From: Octopus sinensis
Taxonomy: Eukaryota
Direction: 5' to 3'
Assembly: GCF_006345805.1 (NCBI RefSeq)
Contig: NC_042998.1
Coordinates: 197,904,001-197,968,000, forward strand
DNA length: 64,000 bases
Shown here in pieces: positions 1 through 10,977 of this stretch (the stretch's first letter is position 1; every line of letters starts with the position of its first letter). Made by a program: the position numbers and the translations under genes. A model generated the notes under the pieces. It saw only the letters and a list, made by a program, of their open reading frames with translations, searched no databases and was not told the origin of the DNA.

Positions 1-610
1 TTCATGTACCACCAAAAGGTTAATGGTTTCTACAGAACCCAACTTCTTGTGTGAAAGGAATCAAAGACATACCTAAATATACCAAATCTTGCAGTTACAT
101 TTGTGATATTACAAAACCACAGACTAAACATGGATGAATATAGAAAGTATATTTATTGCGGAATGCAAACCACGGTTCAACAATTTTGATCAATATATCA
201 AAAAGAAGCATTCTAAATAACTGTATGATTCTAAATAAGTATTATTAATAATGAAATGTCTGAAGTAATCATTCAAAATAATTTCTTTTACCTTTGGCTA
301 AAGATACGTCGCCGTTATCAATATTAAAAGAAAACGGATGTAATACAACTATACAAAAATGATATAGTTACAACAATAAATCAGACAGACGCTATTCAAA
401 ATTTGAAAAACTCACGTGTCAAAATTATTTATCAATGGCTAATGTAAGGCGCCAAAGTAATTTTTGTTTTTAATATTTTTTTCATGCTACTACATAAAGT
501 GAATTATCAGCAAAGCATCACTTTTGAAAACCATAAAATTTTGAAACCGTTGAAGTTAATGCAAATACATCTTTTAAAAAGCTTCCAGTGTATTTTCAAT
601 ATAATTTTGG

Positions 611-647
<37 letters not shown>

Positions 648-765
648 CAAATTACGATGAACGTAAACAAACACGAAGTTTGCTTTAGAAGCGTTGAGAT
701 GTCTTAGAAAGTTAAAGAAGTAAGTGATCTTAAATTCTCAAACGCAGGATAATGCTAATAATACA

Positions 766-867
766 GCCTGAACACGATAAGCTACCCCTATTTTGCAGAA
801 TAAAGTGTGGGCGGCCCGCCAACACTTTTTTCTGCAAAATAGGGGTAGCTTATCCTCAGGTTCAGGC
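766..867. repeat. Near-perfect palindrome (39-bp arms, 1-nt centre)
   Basis: 776-814 is the reverse complement of 816-854 with 2 mismatches; outer gcctgaac/gttcaggc at 766-773/860-867. Confidence 0.9.
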
Positions 868-890
868 CACACACACACACACATGCACAC

Positions 891-3657
891 ACTAGAAATG
901 CATCCCGGTGTTGCCCAGGTGTTTTGACCTACAGCCATATTATGTTATTTGTTCCTTTCTTATGGGCAGAACCAGCACAGCTGATATATAGCGAACTGTA
1001 TTACTGGCGTAATGGAAGTTATTGTTTGTTTAAAAGTGAAAGGGCAGGGTACAATTTGCATGGGTTTGCATGAAAGGGCTTTCTGTATTGCTTCATCGTA
1101 TAAAAGGGGATTAATACGATTTTGCCCAGAAACCACGTTTTCAACATTTTAGTTTTCCTCTATCTCAACTTCAATTTCTTAATTTGTAACTTTTTTACAA
1201 ATATTTTTTTATCAACGTAGACAAATACAGAGATTACGAATCTGGGAAATATATATATTTTTTTAAAGTTTAATTGTTCTTAACGAAATACTCGAAACCC
1301 TTCCTCCACCTCACCCACCCATCACCTAACAGCTTTCAAAAATCTAAAAACACCCTATGTTTCCCTTTCGTCTGATGTTTCACACAGGCGTAGAATTGTA
1401 AATATTACAGCACCACTAGAAAACCCGATATGCTAGAAACAACAGGTAAACGACATTACTTCTGAAGAAACTTTCCCGCTTTCCAAAAGCCTAAAAGTGA
1501 AGCATAGGGAGAGATTGTAGCTTTTTGAAAGTGGTGAGGTGATGGATGGATGTTTGGGAAGGAGATTTTAGTGTTTCTTTGAGAAAAAAAGAAAGAACAT
1601 TCTTAAAGAATCGAAAAGTCTGTTTTTCGCCGTGGATTACCACGAAAACATTTCGAATAAAGTGAAAAATGAAGAAATTGGGATGGGAAAGGAGAAAAAT
1701 AAAATATTGTGAACGAATTTTTTAGGTCGAAATCTTAATCTCCTGTATTGAAAACATAGAAATCGGAAGAAGTTTAGGAAAAAAAATCAGGGTAGTGTAG
1801 GGGAGCAAATGTCACCTTGGACATGCTAGAATCAGCAGGTAAAGGACAGGATTTCTGAGAAAACTTCCTTTTAAATTTATATCGAAGATCAGGTTTTTAA
1901 ATACACTCATCACAAACACGAATTACAGAATAGAAAAAGGTAATTTCAATTGGATTTGAGCTGTAATTTTGCGCGTGCACATAGCAAGAAATAACATAAT
2001 TCATACAGAAGTTTTACCAAGTGTGTTGTGTGTGTGTGTGTGTGTGTACGTGCGCGCGTATGTGTGTGCGTATGCGTACACGAGTGTGTGTGTGTACCAA
2101 AGGAAGTTATTTTATGGCATTCTTTCCTTTGAGAGAAAAGTTGTCAACTCGATCACATGGTCGATCATATGGGATCATATGATTGTTCGTTCATTTCCGT
2201 AAATATTTTTTTGTTTCTTTATGCTTTGAAGAGAGTAGAAATTAAAAGAAAGGAGAAAGTGAAAGATGTAGTTACGTGTACCTAAAATGGACGTGTGTGT
2301 ATGTCTGTATGTGTGCGTGTGTGCGTGTGTGTGCATGTGTGTGTGTGCATGTGTGTGTGTGTGTTCGTGTGTGTGTGAGAGAGAAAGAGAAAGAGAGAGT
2401 GATTGAAGGTGTGTATTGTCATATATGTATTTTTTGCACGTATGTGTAAGTGGCACTCACTCGTTCTCTCTCTCTCATACACCACACACATCTTTCATAT
2501 TCACATACATAAATACATATGCATACATCTTTTTTGTATGTATGTGTACGTGTGCATGCGGGAGAGAAAGTTAGTGACTGTATTTCCTCATAACATATAG
2601 AGAAATGGATGTCTTTTAAGGTACACACTCATATAGAAAATGTGACGTCGTTATCGTCGTCGTGGTATAAAATGTTTATGATAGTTAAATTATAGAAAGA
2701 TTATAATGTTAAATTTTTGTAATGGAATTATTTAAACGAAAATAAAGTTTATTTGTTAGCCGAAAGATTACTGAATCTTTTAATACCCTATACGTCAAAA
2801 TCAGCAACTCAGTTCTCGAATGTATTTGTTAATTTCCGTAAAAAGCCATTTATGTCGTTATGCTTTGAAGAGAATAGAAATTGAAAGAGAAGAGAAAGTG
2901 AAACCGCGATATTTGGTTTGAAATGAGAGCAGAAAGAGAAAGAGGGGAGAAACTGAAAGATGTAAGTGTAAATGAAATGGATGTTTGTGTATGTGTGCGT
3001 GCGCGCGCGCAAGTGTGTGCGTGTGCATGAGAGAGAGTGAGTGAATGAAAGTGTATGTTGTTATGTATGTGTAATTGATATTCACCCGGTCTCTCTCTCT
3101 GTCTCTCTCATACACATTTTTTATATATACATACATAAATACATATGCATCCATCATTTTTGTATATGTGTGTGCGAGTGCATATGCCTGTGGGAGAGAC
3201 GGTGAGTGACTGTATTTCGTCACAACATATAGAGAAATGGATGTCTTTGAAGGTACACCCACATATAGAAAATATAACGTCATCGTCGTTCTTGTCGTGG
3301 TATAAAATGTTGACGATAGTTGACTTGCACACACACACAAACTCTTTTATATATGGAAGATGTCCCTATCTGTCGTTCTCTCTCTCTATCTTTCATATTC
3401 CATGTGTGTCTGTCTCTTCCTTTCTCCTCCCCTTCACAGATATCAGCCACCCTAATTATGCCACATTTTCCTGAACCTAACACTTTTGTAGCCCTCTCAT
3501 TTTATCATGTTATAGTCCAACCCCCATAACCGGTCCACTGAATCCAATTAGCCTATAATTGAACTAGGTGTTAGTTCAACATGTATACAAAGTTTGGTGC
3601 CTTATTTTGGCAGCAGGATAACAGACAGACAGAAATTGCTATTTATATAAAGATATA
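891..3657 (+). mobile_element. Putative long Helitron/HINE-like non-autonomous element
   Basis: Start actagaaatgcatcccggtgttgcccagg resembles the actagcagtatcgcccggcgttgctcggg start of other copies; end acagacagacag...tttatataaagat matches their 3' ends; that the interior belongs to one element is inferred. Confidence 0.4.
2195..3320 (+). repeat. Old tandem duplication (about 490-bp unit at about 2195-2690 and 2833-3320)
   Basis: Shared blocks tttccgtaaa...tatgctttgaagaga and gtgactgtatttc...acatatagagaaatggatgtcttt...gtcgtggtataaaatgtt. Confidence 0.8.
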
Positions 3658-3769
3658 TATAGACACATACACATACAATTTGTACGGTATACTAAACTGG
3701 TTATAAATACTAAAATAACGGTAGTAGACAGATATAATCTTAATGTAACATTTATTACAACAAAAACAT

Positions 3770-4255
3770 TTATCAATCAATATGGCCGCCCTTTTAGGTA
3801 ACCACTGCCTCCATACTAGAACGAAAGTTTTTGCAGCTGCCGCACCTTCTGCCTTTTCTATTTTGCTCGTCGCACGCACAGCGCAGATCTTCAAACTGTT
3901 GACATTCGAGTGTGATGGAGCATAGGTTCTTGCTTGAAGTACGCCCCATAAAAAAATAATCGAGAAAGTTAAGATCGGGGCTATTACTGGGTCAGACGTT
4001 GTCACTCACAAAAAATGGCACCTTCTCCGCAAGGGTAGCCTGTGTTGCTTTTGATTCATGGCATGGTGCAGAATCCTGGATAAGCACCAAATTGTCAAGC
4101 CAAAGCTTCTGTTCCACCCAAGGCAACAGAGAGTTCTTCAGGATATCCAGATACTCCTTTGTGTTGATTTTCAAGCCAGACCCAATGAAGCGTGGATCCA
4201 TGACACTTCCATCACTTGCCACGGCTTCAAATACCATCACAGAGGCAGGATACAT
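3770..4255 (-). mobile_element. Tc1/mariner DD37D (maT-type) transposase C-terminal fragment, pseudogenised
   Basis: Translates LIQDSAPCH...NV*PSNSPDLNFLDYFLWG; 37 residues between the last two catalytic Asp. Confidence 0.85.
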
Positions 4256-4257
4256 AC

Positions 4258-4293
4258 TATATACATGTGCATATATATATATATATATAATAT

Positions 4294-4384
<91 letters not shown>

Positions 4385-4500
4385 GGTATATATATATTAT
4401 ATATAAATATAAATATAAATAAAATATAAATATAAATATACTATAATTATATAATATATATATATGTAGGTATATGTTATATATAGGCATGTATATATAT
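4258..4500. repeat. (TA)n microsatellite
   Basis: Direct reading. Confidence 0.95.
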
Positions 4501-4584
4501 TGTTGATGTGCGTGTGTGTATCCAATATATATGTGTACACATGTCTGTATTTACATAAATATCGACATACAATCTTAATCGTTT

Positions 4585-4860
4585 ATCTTTTACTTCCTAC
4601 AGTCATTAGACTGCTGCCACGCTGGGGCACTGCCATGAAGAGTTGAAGTCGAATGATTCGACCCCAATTCTTCTTTTTTTAAAACCTGGTACTTATTCTG
4701 TCGATCTCTTTGGCTGAACTGGTATGTGATGAGGATGTAGAGACGTAAGCACACCAGCACCGGTTGTCAGGCGGTGATGGGGAACAAAAGCAGACACAAG
4801 ATACCACACATACACACAAACATACATACACATGCACACAAATATACGTACATACACACA
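4585..4860 (-). mobile_element. SINE family A, diverged 3' half
   Basis: cagtcatt.gactgc.gcca.gctgg.gcac motif and downstream blocks match family A. Confidence 0.65.
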
Positions 4861-4904
4861 CATGTATATAAAAAATATAAATAGATTAATATATATATAT
4901 ATAT

Positions 4905-5120
4905 ATGTGTACTTCGTAAACACCAGTCGCGTTTTTCCCCTCTTTCGCCCACATCGGGATCTTTCTTTCTTCTTTCTTCCTTCTCTTATGTTTCCGACGA
5001 AGAGCTCCGCTCGAAACGTCATACCCTCCTTCTTCCATTTTCCTGAGCGCCTAATAATAATAATACTGTGATTGTTCCACGTGTTGTTGTGTTTTTCTGT
5101 TTTCCCGTTTGGATTAACCT

Positions 5121-5130
<10 letters not shown>
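4905..5130 (+). mobile_element. Penelope-like tail (pLTR-type) fragment between (TA)n runs
   Basis: Carries a hammerhead-like motif; flanked by TA repeats; family assignment inferred. Confidence 0.5.
4990..5024 (+). ncRNA. Minimal type I hammerhead-like ribozyme (U4C variant)
   Basis: gttt-CCGACGA-A-gagc(tcc)gctc-GAAA-cGUC-atac; palindromic stem III ACGU; stem I 3 of 4 pairs. Confidence 0.55.
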
Positions 5131-5154
<24 letters not shown>

Positions 5155-5223
5155 ATATACGTTTATATATTGTTGTGCAAGATTTTTGATGTGAAGTCGT
5201 GTGTTGAAACAGATATTGTTATA

Positions 5224-5321
5224 TTCGGAATGGTCATTTTGCCAGTTTAGCCAATAAAATAACACCAAATATATAGTGCGCGTGTTTTTATTGGCTAAAC
5301 TGGCAAAATGACCATTCCGAA
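5224..5321. repeat. Perfect 36-bp inverted repeat (fold-back)
   Basis: 5224-5259 is the reverse complement of 5286-5321. Confidence 0.9.
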
Positions 5322-5346
5322 ATATAAAAATATATATATGTATATA

Positions 5347-5562
5347 TTCTTTTACTTGTTTCAGTCATTTGACTGCGGCCATGCAGGAGCTCTGCCTTTT
5401 AGTCGAAAAAATTGACCCCAGGACTTAGTCTGTGTTAGCCTAGTAAATTATTCTACCGGTTTCTTTTGCCGAACCGCTAAGTTACGGGGACGTAACACAC
5501 CAGCATCGGTTGTCAAGCGATGTTAGGGGGACAAACACAGACACACAAACATACACACGCAT

Positions 5563-5604
<42 letters not shown>

Positions 5605-5767
5605 TTATATATATATATATATATACGATGGGCTTCTTTCAGTTTCCATCTGCCAAATCCACTCACAAGGCTTTGGTCGGCTCGAGGCTATAGTAGAAGA
5701 CACTTGCCCAAGATGCCACGCCAGTGGGACTGATCCTGGAACCATGTGGTTGGTAAGCAAGCTACTT
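5347..5767 (-). mobile_element. SINE family A (tRNA head, CORE-like ccttgggcaagt, microsatellite linker, aaaagagt tail)
   Basis: Matches at least 8 other copies in the window. Confidence 0.9.
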
Positions 5768-5849
5768 TATTTTATTAAATTTGCCATAAAGCAGTACATA
5801 GAGTAAAATATCTTGCGGACTGGACACAGATATTAATGAGATGAATGAT

Positions 5850-7810
5850 AATGATAGAAGGATGATAAAGATGGGAGAAGACAGAAAGCGCCCTCTGCGT
5901 CTCTATAACATTGTTCTTTGGAAACATATTTACGGGGTATTAAACCTCTTACAATTTATCAAAAATGGCAACAATATTAAAAATCATAAAAGTATGTCCA
6001 CATATTTCTGCACTAAGCCTATTCTTCTTCATCCCCGACCAGGCTGTGAGCTGTCCATAGGTACTGCTCCGGATCCCGGTTGTGGTCCCCCAAATCAACT
6101 CTAAACAAGTCCTTCGTGAAGGAGGCCAACACCCTGGACATGTTGACTTCCGATATGACCTTCGCAGTAACCTGTGAAGGCCAATTTGGGTTTTCGGTCC
6201 AGGGTAAGGACTCCTCCCTCCAGCCTCCTCGCTTCCTTAGGAAGCTTTCTATCACCCCTCTCTTCAGAAAGAATACGACAAACTAATCTTCCTTCATTCT
6301 GGGAGGGGCCACTGCTTCCTCTGTCGGTTGCACACTTCCCACCGACAGAGTTTCCGGGTATGCTGGCAGTTGTTCATCAACTGCCAACGAAGACCCATTC
6401 TTTTTTCCTCTTCTTTTTTCTCTTTTCGACGGGAGAGTGGAATTCCTCCAACTTATCCGGGAGTCCCTCCCTCCCTCTCGCCGCCTTAGAGTCCATCGGT
6501 AGGCAACCATTGTTGCCTACCTTTCTTTTTCCCTTTCGAGGGGGTTGCCTTCTCCTCGACTTTCTCTTCCTCTCCCTCCGTTACAGGATCAGAGACCTCC
6601 GTTGAGAGAACAACGAGATCTTCTATTAACTGCTCCAATACTCTTGCTTGGTTCCTGGAACAGTTTCTCTTTATGTGGCCTAATTCCAGGGGGTGGGTGG
6701 GCCTGCCTCAAGGATCATCGGGTGCCTGGAACCGGCCAACGTCAAAAAATCTGGTAATACCAGATCTTCGGCTGACTGGGTCTATAAGGTCAAAACAGCT
6801 TTTGACCCCACCCAGTCAGCCGCAGGCATAATATTCACATTTAACAGCCTGGTGTTGCTGCCACCCACACCCAGGCGGATAGTTTCCTCTATCTACTCGG
6901 CCCCAATTCCGGGTGGTAGCCTACTCACCCAAGCTCTTGTTAATTTTCGCCCACCGTATGTGGGGAGGAACAAAATTTTCTCCCTTTCTACCGGTTTCCA
7001 CGCAAATTTTTGTGCCTCCGTAGGGGGGTTAAAAAGCACACACACAGTTCCTTACTTTGCTCCCCTCCGGGTAAATCTAAAAGTTGGCAGGTACTCTGCT
7101 AACACTTCCTCAATCTTAAACTGAGAGAATGCAGCGATGGTTTCAAGGACCTTAGAGTAGATCCTTAACACCACCGTTCTCTCAGTATAATCCTTTAGCC
7201 ATTCTTTGGGGGCCACAATTCGTCACTCCAAAGCAGTATTCCTTGTTGCAATGTTAGCAATGAAATAAATTAAAATGTTCAAAAATAAAAAGTCCAAAAA
7301 TGTTCGACTGAAAGTCAATGAAAAAACACAAAGAAAGAACAGAAAGACAGAAGAGAGAAGAAAGAACGAAGGAAGACAGTTCAACTGTCAACACAATCCT
7401 GCTACTCAGGTAATCCACAAATAGTAGTTCTCTGTCGCAGCACAAAAATTCCAATTTTCATCCAATTCTCGCCGTCTCTGTACTTCTTGCCTCAATGGTA
7501 AATCCTCCTTGTCAAGGGCACAAACACAGTCACTGAGCACAATTTTCACAATTTTCGGAGGGACACGCCTCCCAAAAAGACAATTCTCAGTGCAAAGTGA
7601 GACTATTCGCACGACCACTGGCAGACAAATGTCTGGAACCCAGTGGAGACCCTTGTTCGACAAAAGTTATTAAATACAAAGAACAGACCACACTGAGGTC
7701 CCGCCCCCACCCAGAAAACAAACGCGTTACCTGTAGTTGTGCTTCAACTTTTCAATCTTTCAACGCCGAACGACGTGACTTCAAAGCGTGAAAAAAAGCA
7801 CGCACTCCTC
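5850..7810 (-). mobile_element. L1/Tx1-like LINE 5' region and ORF1, decayed
   Basis: Minus strand translates RTVVLRIYSK...GTVCVLF...LFLPTYGGRKLTRAWVSRLPPG...GHIKRNC (knuckle remnant), with stops and frameshifts. Confidence 0.5.
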
Positions 7811-7851
7811 TGTGTGATAAGCAAGCTACTTACCACACAGCCACTCCTGCG

Positions 7852-7884
<33 letters not shown>

Positions 7885-8016
7885 TATACATACATACATA
7901 CATACATACACACGCACACACACAGATATATACATACATACATACATACATACATACATACATACATACATGCATGCATACATACATATATATATATACA
8001 TACATATATATATATA

Positions 8017-8237
8017 TGGCAGAACCGTTAGCACGCCGGGCGAAATGCGTAGCCGTATTTCGTCTGCCGTTACGTTCTGAGTTCAAATTCCGCCGAGGTC
8101 GACTTTGCCTTTCATCCTTTCGGGGTCGATAAATTAAGTACCAGTTACGCACTTGGGTCGATGTAATCGACTTAATCCGTTTGTCTGTCCTTGTTTATCC
8201 CCTCTGTGTTTAGCCCCTTGTGGGTAGTAAAGAAATA
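8017..8237 (+). mobile_element. SINE family B (tRNA head plus gcctttcatcctttcggggtcgataaattaagtaccag domain)
   Basis: B-box gagttcaaattcc; near identical to copies at 20.4, 20.9, 24.7 and 42.9 kb; domain resembles the Meta/MESC type from memory. Confidence 0.9.
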
Positions 8238-8569
8238 TATATATATATATATATATAAATATACTGTTTGGTAAAAATTAAAGCGAAAGCTACAGAAAAG
8301 CACCAATTCTACGATAAATACACACACAAGCAATGCAATGAATATTTTTAAAAATAGGTCTACCTTCACGATGGAATTTGAATGTAGTCTAATAATACCC
8401 TCAGTATCAATTGATTTCCTGCTGTGCATGAGAAAACATGCTTTCCAATCCTCAGTTGGAGACAGCATTTAACATCTATTTCCAAAATATTTATTATGTC
8501 AACTCGTGTGCGTTTCTAACTTTAAAAGTCTCGTTCCGTTTCAAGAGAAATTTATCGTAAACAATAAAA

Positions 8570-8720
8570 AAGTAAATATGTGAAGTATTATTACTGTTGA
8601 AAACAGTAATAACGATGTGGCTTTTTGCATGGCTCGTGTGAGTATTTATTGTAGAATTGGTGGGGTTTTTTAAGCTTTCACTTTAATGTTTAACAGTAAT
8701 AATACTTCATATATTTACTT
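8570..8720. mobile_element. Small MITE-like element, 29-bp inverted termini
   Basis: 8570-8598 vs 8692-8720, 1 mismatch; no TSD identified. Confidence 0.45.
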
Positions 8721-8738
8721 ATATTTATATATATATAT

Positions 8739-9034
8739 GGAGGCGCAATGGCCGAGTGGTTAGGGCAGCGGACTCGCGGTTTCGATTCCCAGACCGGGCG
8801 TTGTAAGTGTTTGTTGAGCGAAAACACCTAAAGCTCCACGACGCTCCAGCAGGGGGTTGTGGCGATCCGTGCTGTACTCTTTCGCCACAACTTTCTATCA
8901 CTTCTTCCTTCTGTAGGCCTGCTCGCTTAGCCAGCGGGATGGCGTCATTTGAAGGCTAAAACAATGCGAAGCGCATTGTGATCAGCGATGTGTAGCAACA
9001 TCTGATAGCCTGGTCGGTCACGTGATCACGTGAT
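8739..9034 (+). mobile_element. SINE family C (tRNA-Arg(TCG)-like head), tail type 1
   Basis: A-box tggccgagtgg, B-box gtttcgattcc, ctcgc anticodon region; ends gtcacgtgatcacgtgat. Confidence 0.85.
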
Positions 9035-9080
9035 ATGTATATATATATATATATAATATATATATATAAAGGGAATTTTT

Positions 9081-9317
9081 ATACATGAATGCCTCATGCT
9101 ATGAGGGACTCTTAAAGTCAAAACTACCATAATAAATACAGTGTACCGAACGCGTGGGAAATGCAACTCTCGAAGCGAGCTCCTTAAAATCAGATTTAGC
9201 CGCAGATCATTTAAGGAGCTCGCTTCGAGTGTTGCATTTCCTTCGCGTTCGGTACACTGTATTTATTATGGTAGTTTTGACTTTAAGAGTCCCTCATAGC
9301 GTGAGGCATTTATGTAT
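9081..9317. repeat. 108-bp-arm fold-back palindrome
   Basis: 9081-9188 vs 9210-9317, 5 mismatches, 21-nt spacer. Confidence 0.92.
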
Positions 9318-9441
9318 AGTAATGCCGTTAATATAGATAAATATATTTAAAGGAAATAATTAAAAATATTTCCCTTATGAGGTTTTTCACGCTGACTACT
9401 TGATAAATTCTTATAAAGATTTTATTCTATTTTTAAATTTT

Positions 9442-9478
<37 letters not shown>

Positions 9479-9813
9479 GGGGGGGGTGTATATGTATGTA
9501 TGTATGTAAGATCCACGTATCGAGGTGTAGGAAGAAGGTTAGCTTCAAGTTAAACGCAGAAAATATAAAGAATAGCTTTTAGGAACACTAGTGGTTTATT
9601 GAGGCGTAAAGCTGTGGATTTATTCTATGTTGACTGGAGATACAGTATGGGTAGATTTTCGAAATCCAATTAATCTTCATACATCTATACAGTTAGGAAA
9701 TTTTACAAATACACCTTTTCAAGGAGATATGATAAACCTATTATAATGGGTAATACTACATGTACTTTTCATATTTTTTATATTGTGATGTAATCTTTGG
9801 ACTAACAATGCTT

Positions 9814-9904
9814 GCGGCTGAAGAGAGCTTTAAATCATCTGTTATATCAATAATACACTGATGTAATAACGGATTGTTTATAAATCTTGAAACACGTGTA
9901 CCGC
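9814..9904 (+). ncRNA. Type I hammerhead ribozyme motif, canonical core
   Basis: gcgg-CUGAAGA-[long imperfect stem II 9825-9888]-GAAA-cacgt-GUA-ccgc; palindromic stem III ACACGUGU. Confidence 0.75.
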
Positions 9905-10022
9905 GATATCCTTTGTGTTCTGTTTTTAATTTCATTTGATATATTCTCTGTCACCTCTACCACTATCTGGCATATACAGGTGCTTACACTTATCAAGTAT
10001 TCACCCTAATTTACAGTACCTA

Positions 10023-10031
10023 CTATATATA

Positions 10032-10103
<72 letters not shown>
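10023..10103. repeat. (TA)n microsatellite
   Basis: Direct reading. Confidence 0.95.
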
Positions 10104-10106
<3 letters not shown>

Positions 10107-10193
10107 ATTATTTGAGGGAATAAAATGCAAACTTACAAGGAAAAAGAATTCAATTTAGAAATACTGAATCAAATTCCACACAATATAATAAAT

Positions 10194-10497
10194 ATATAAA
10201 CATATTAGAAAAAACCACCTTTTATCAATTCAAAATGAATAAATAAATTATACCATCTCGAAAATTACATCTAGAAAAGTTAAAATTAAAATAACAATAA
10301 AAAGTAAAGATTAAGTAAATTACAAAAATGATAAAAATGTAAATACATTTTTATTATTTTTGTAATTTATTTGATCTTTACTTTTTATTGTTATTTTAAT
10401 TTTAACTGTTCTATTATATGTAATTTTCTAGATGGTGTAATTTAATTATTCATTTTGAATTGATAAAAGGTGTTTTTTTTCTAATATTTTATGTATA
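10194..10497. repeat. AT-rich fold-back palindrome, about 150-bp arms
   Basis: Centre atgta-aa-tacat at 10337-10348; arms pair out to about 10194/10497 with scattered mismatches. Confidence 0.85.
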
Positions 10498-10590
10498 TAT
10501 ATATATAAAGGTAATATGTATGGTAATATTGTATGGTATTTATTCCCATACTGGCCACTTGATAATATCGATATTATCCTTATTTATAAA

Positions 10591-10631
<41 letters not shown>

Positions 10632-10637
<6 letters not shown>

Positions 10638-10784
10638 TTTATTTAACGCAGCAGAAAATTCAACAAAACCTGTTACTCTGAGTTTACCGTTGCCGTTCAT
10701 CGGACAGTTTGTCCGATGAACGGCAACGGTAAACTCAGAGTAACAGGTTTTGTTGAATTTTCTGCTGCTTTAAATAAAGCATAT
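10632..10784. repeat. 75-bp-arm palindrome, 3-nt loop
   Basis: 10632-10706 vs 10710-10784, 1 mismatch. Confidence 0.95.
10670..10707 (-). ncRNA. Hammerhead-like variant (mirror copy on + at 10708-10747)
   Basis: ctgt-CCGAUGA-A-cg(gcaa)cg-GUAAA-c(tcaga)GUA-acag; U4C and an extra U in GAAA. Confidence 0.4.
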
Positions 10785-10872
10785 TACTCTACCACTGGTA
10801 TTTGAGTACTCTTTTTTCCACCTTGTTTCACATTTATGTGTTTACTCCGGTATATATATATATATATGCAAT

Positions 10873-10883
10873 ACACACACACA

Positions 10884-10960
<77 letters not shown>
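10873..10960. repeat. (CA)n microsatellite
   Basis: Direct reading. Confidence 0.95.

Positions 10961-10977
<17 letters not shown>

Noticed and set aside
8739-8810. tRNA-Arg gene (also 30570, 35311, 37334)
   Set aside because: A and B boxes are SINE heads followed by SINE bodies and TSDs; no complete cloverleaf
9094-9130. Hammerhead in the 108-bp palindrome (ct-atga...gact/agtc-aaaa)
   Set aside because: Lacks G5 and G12 and has a poor stem I in both arms; at most a fossil
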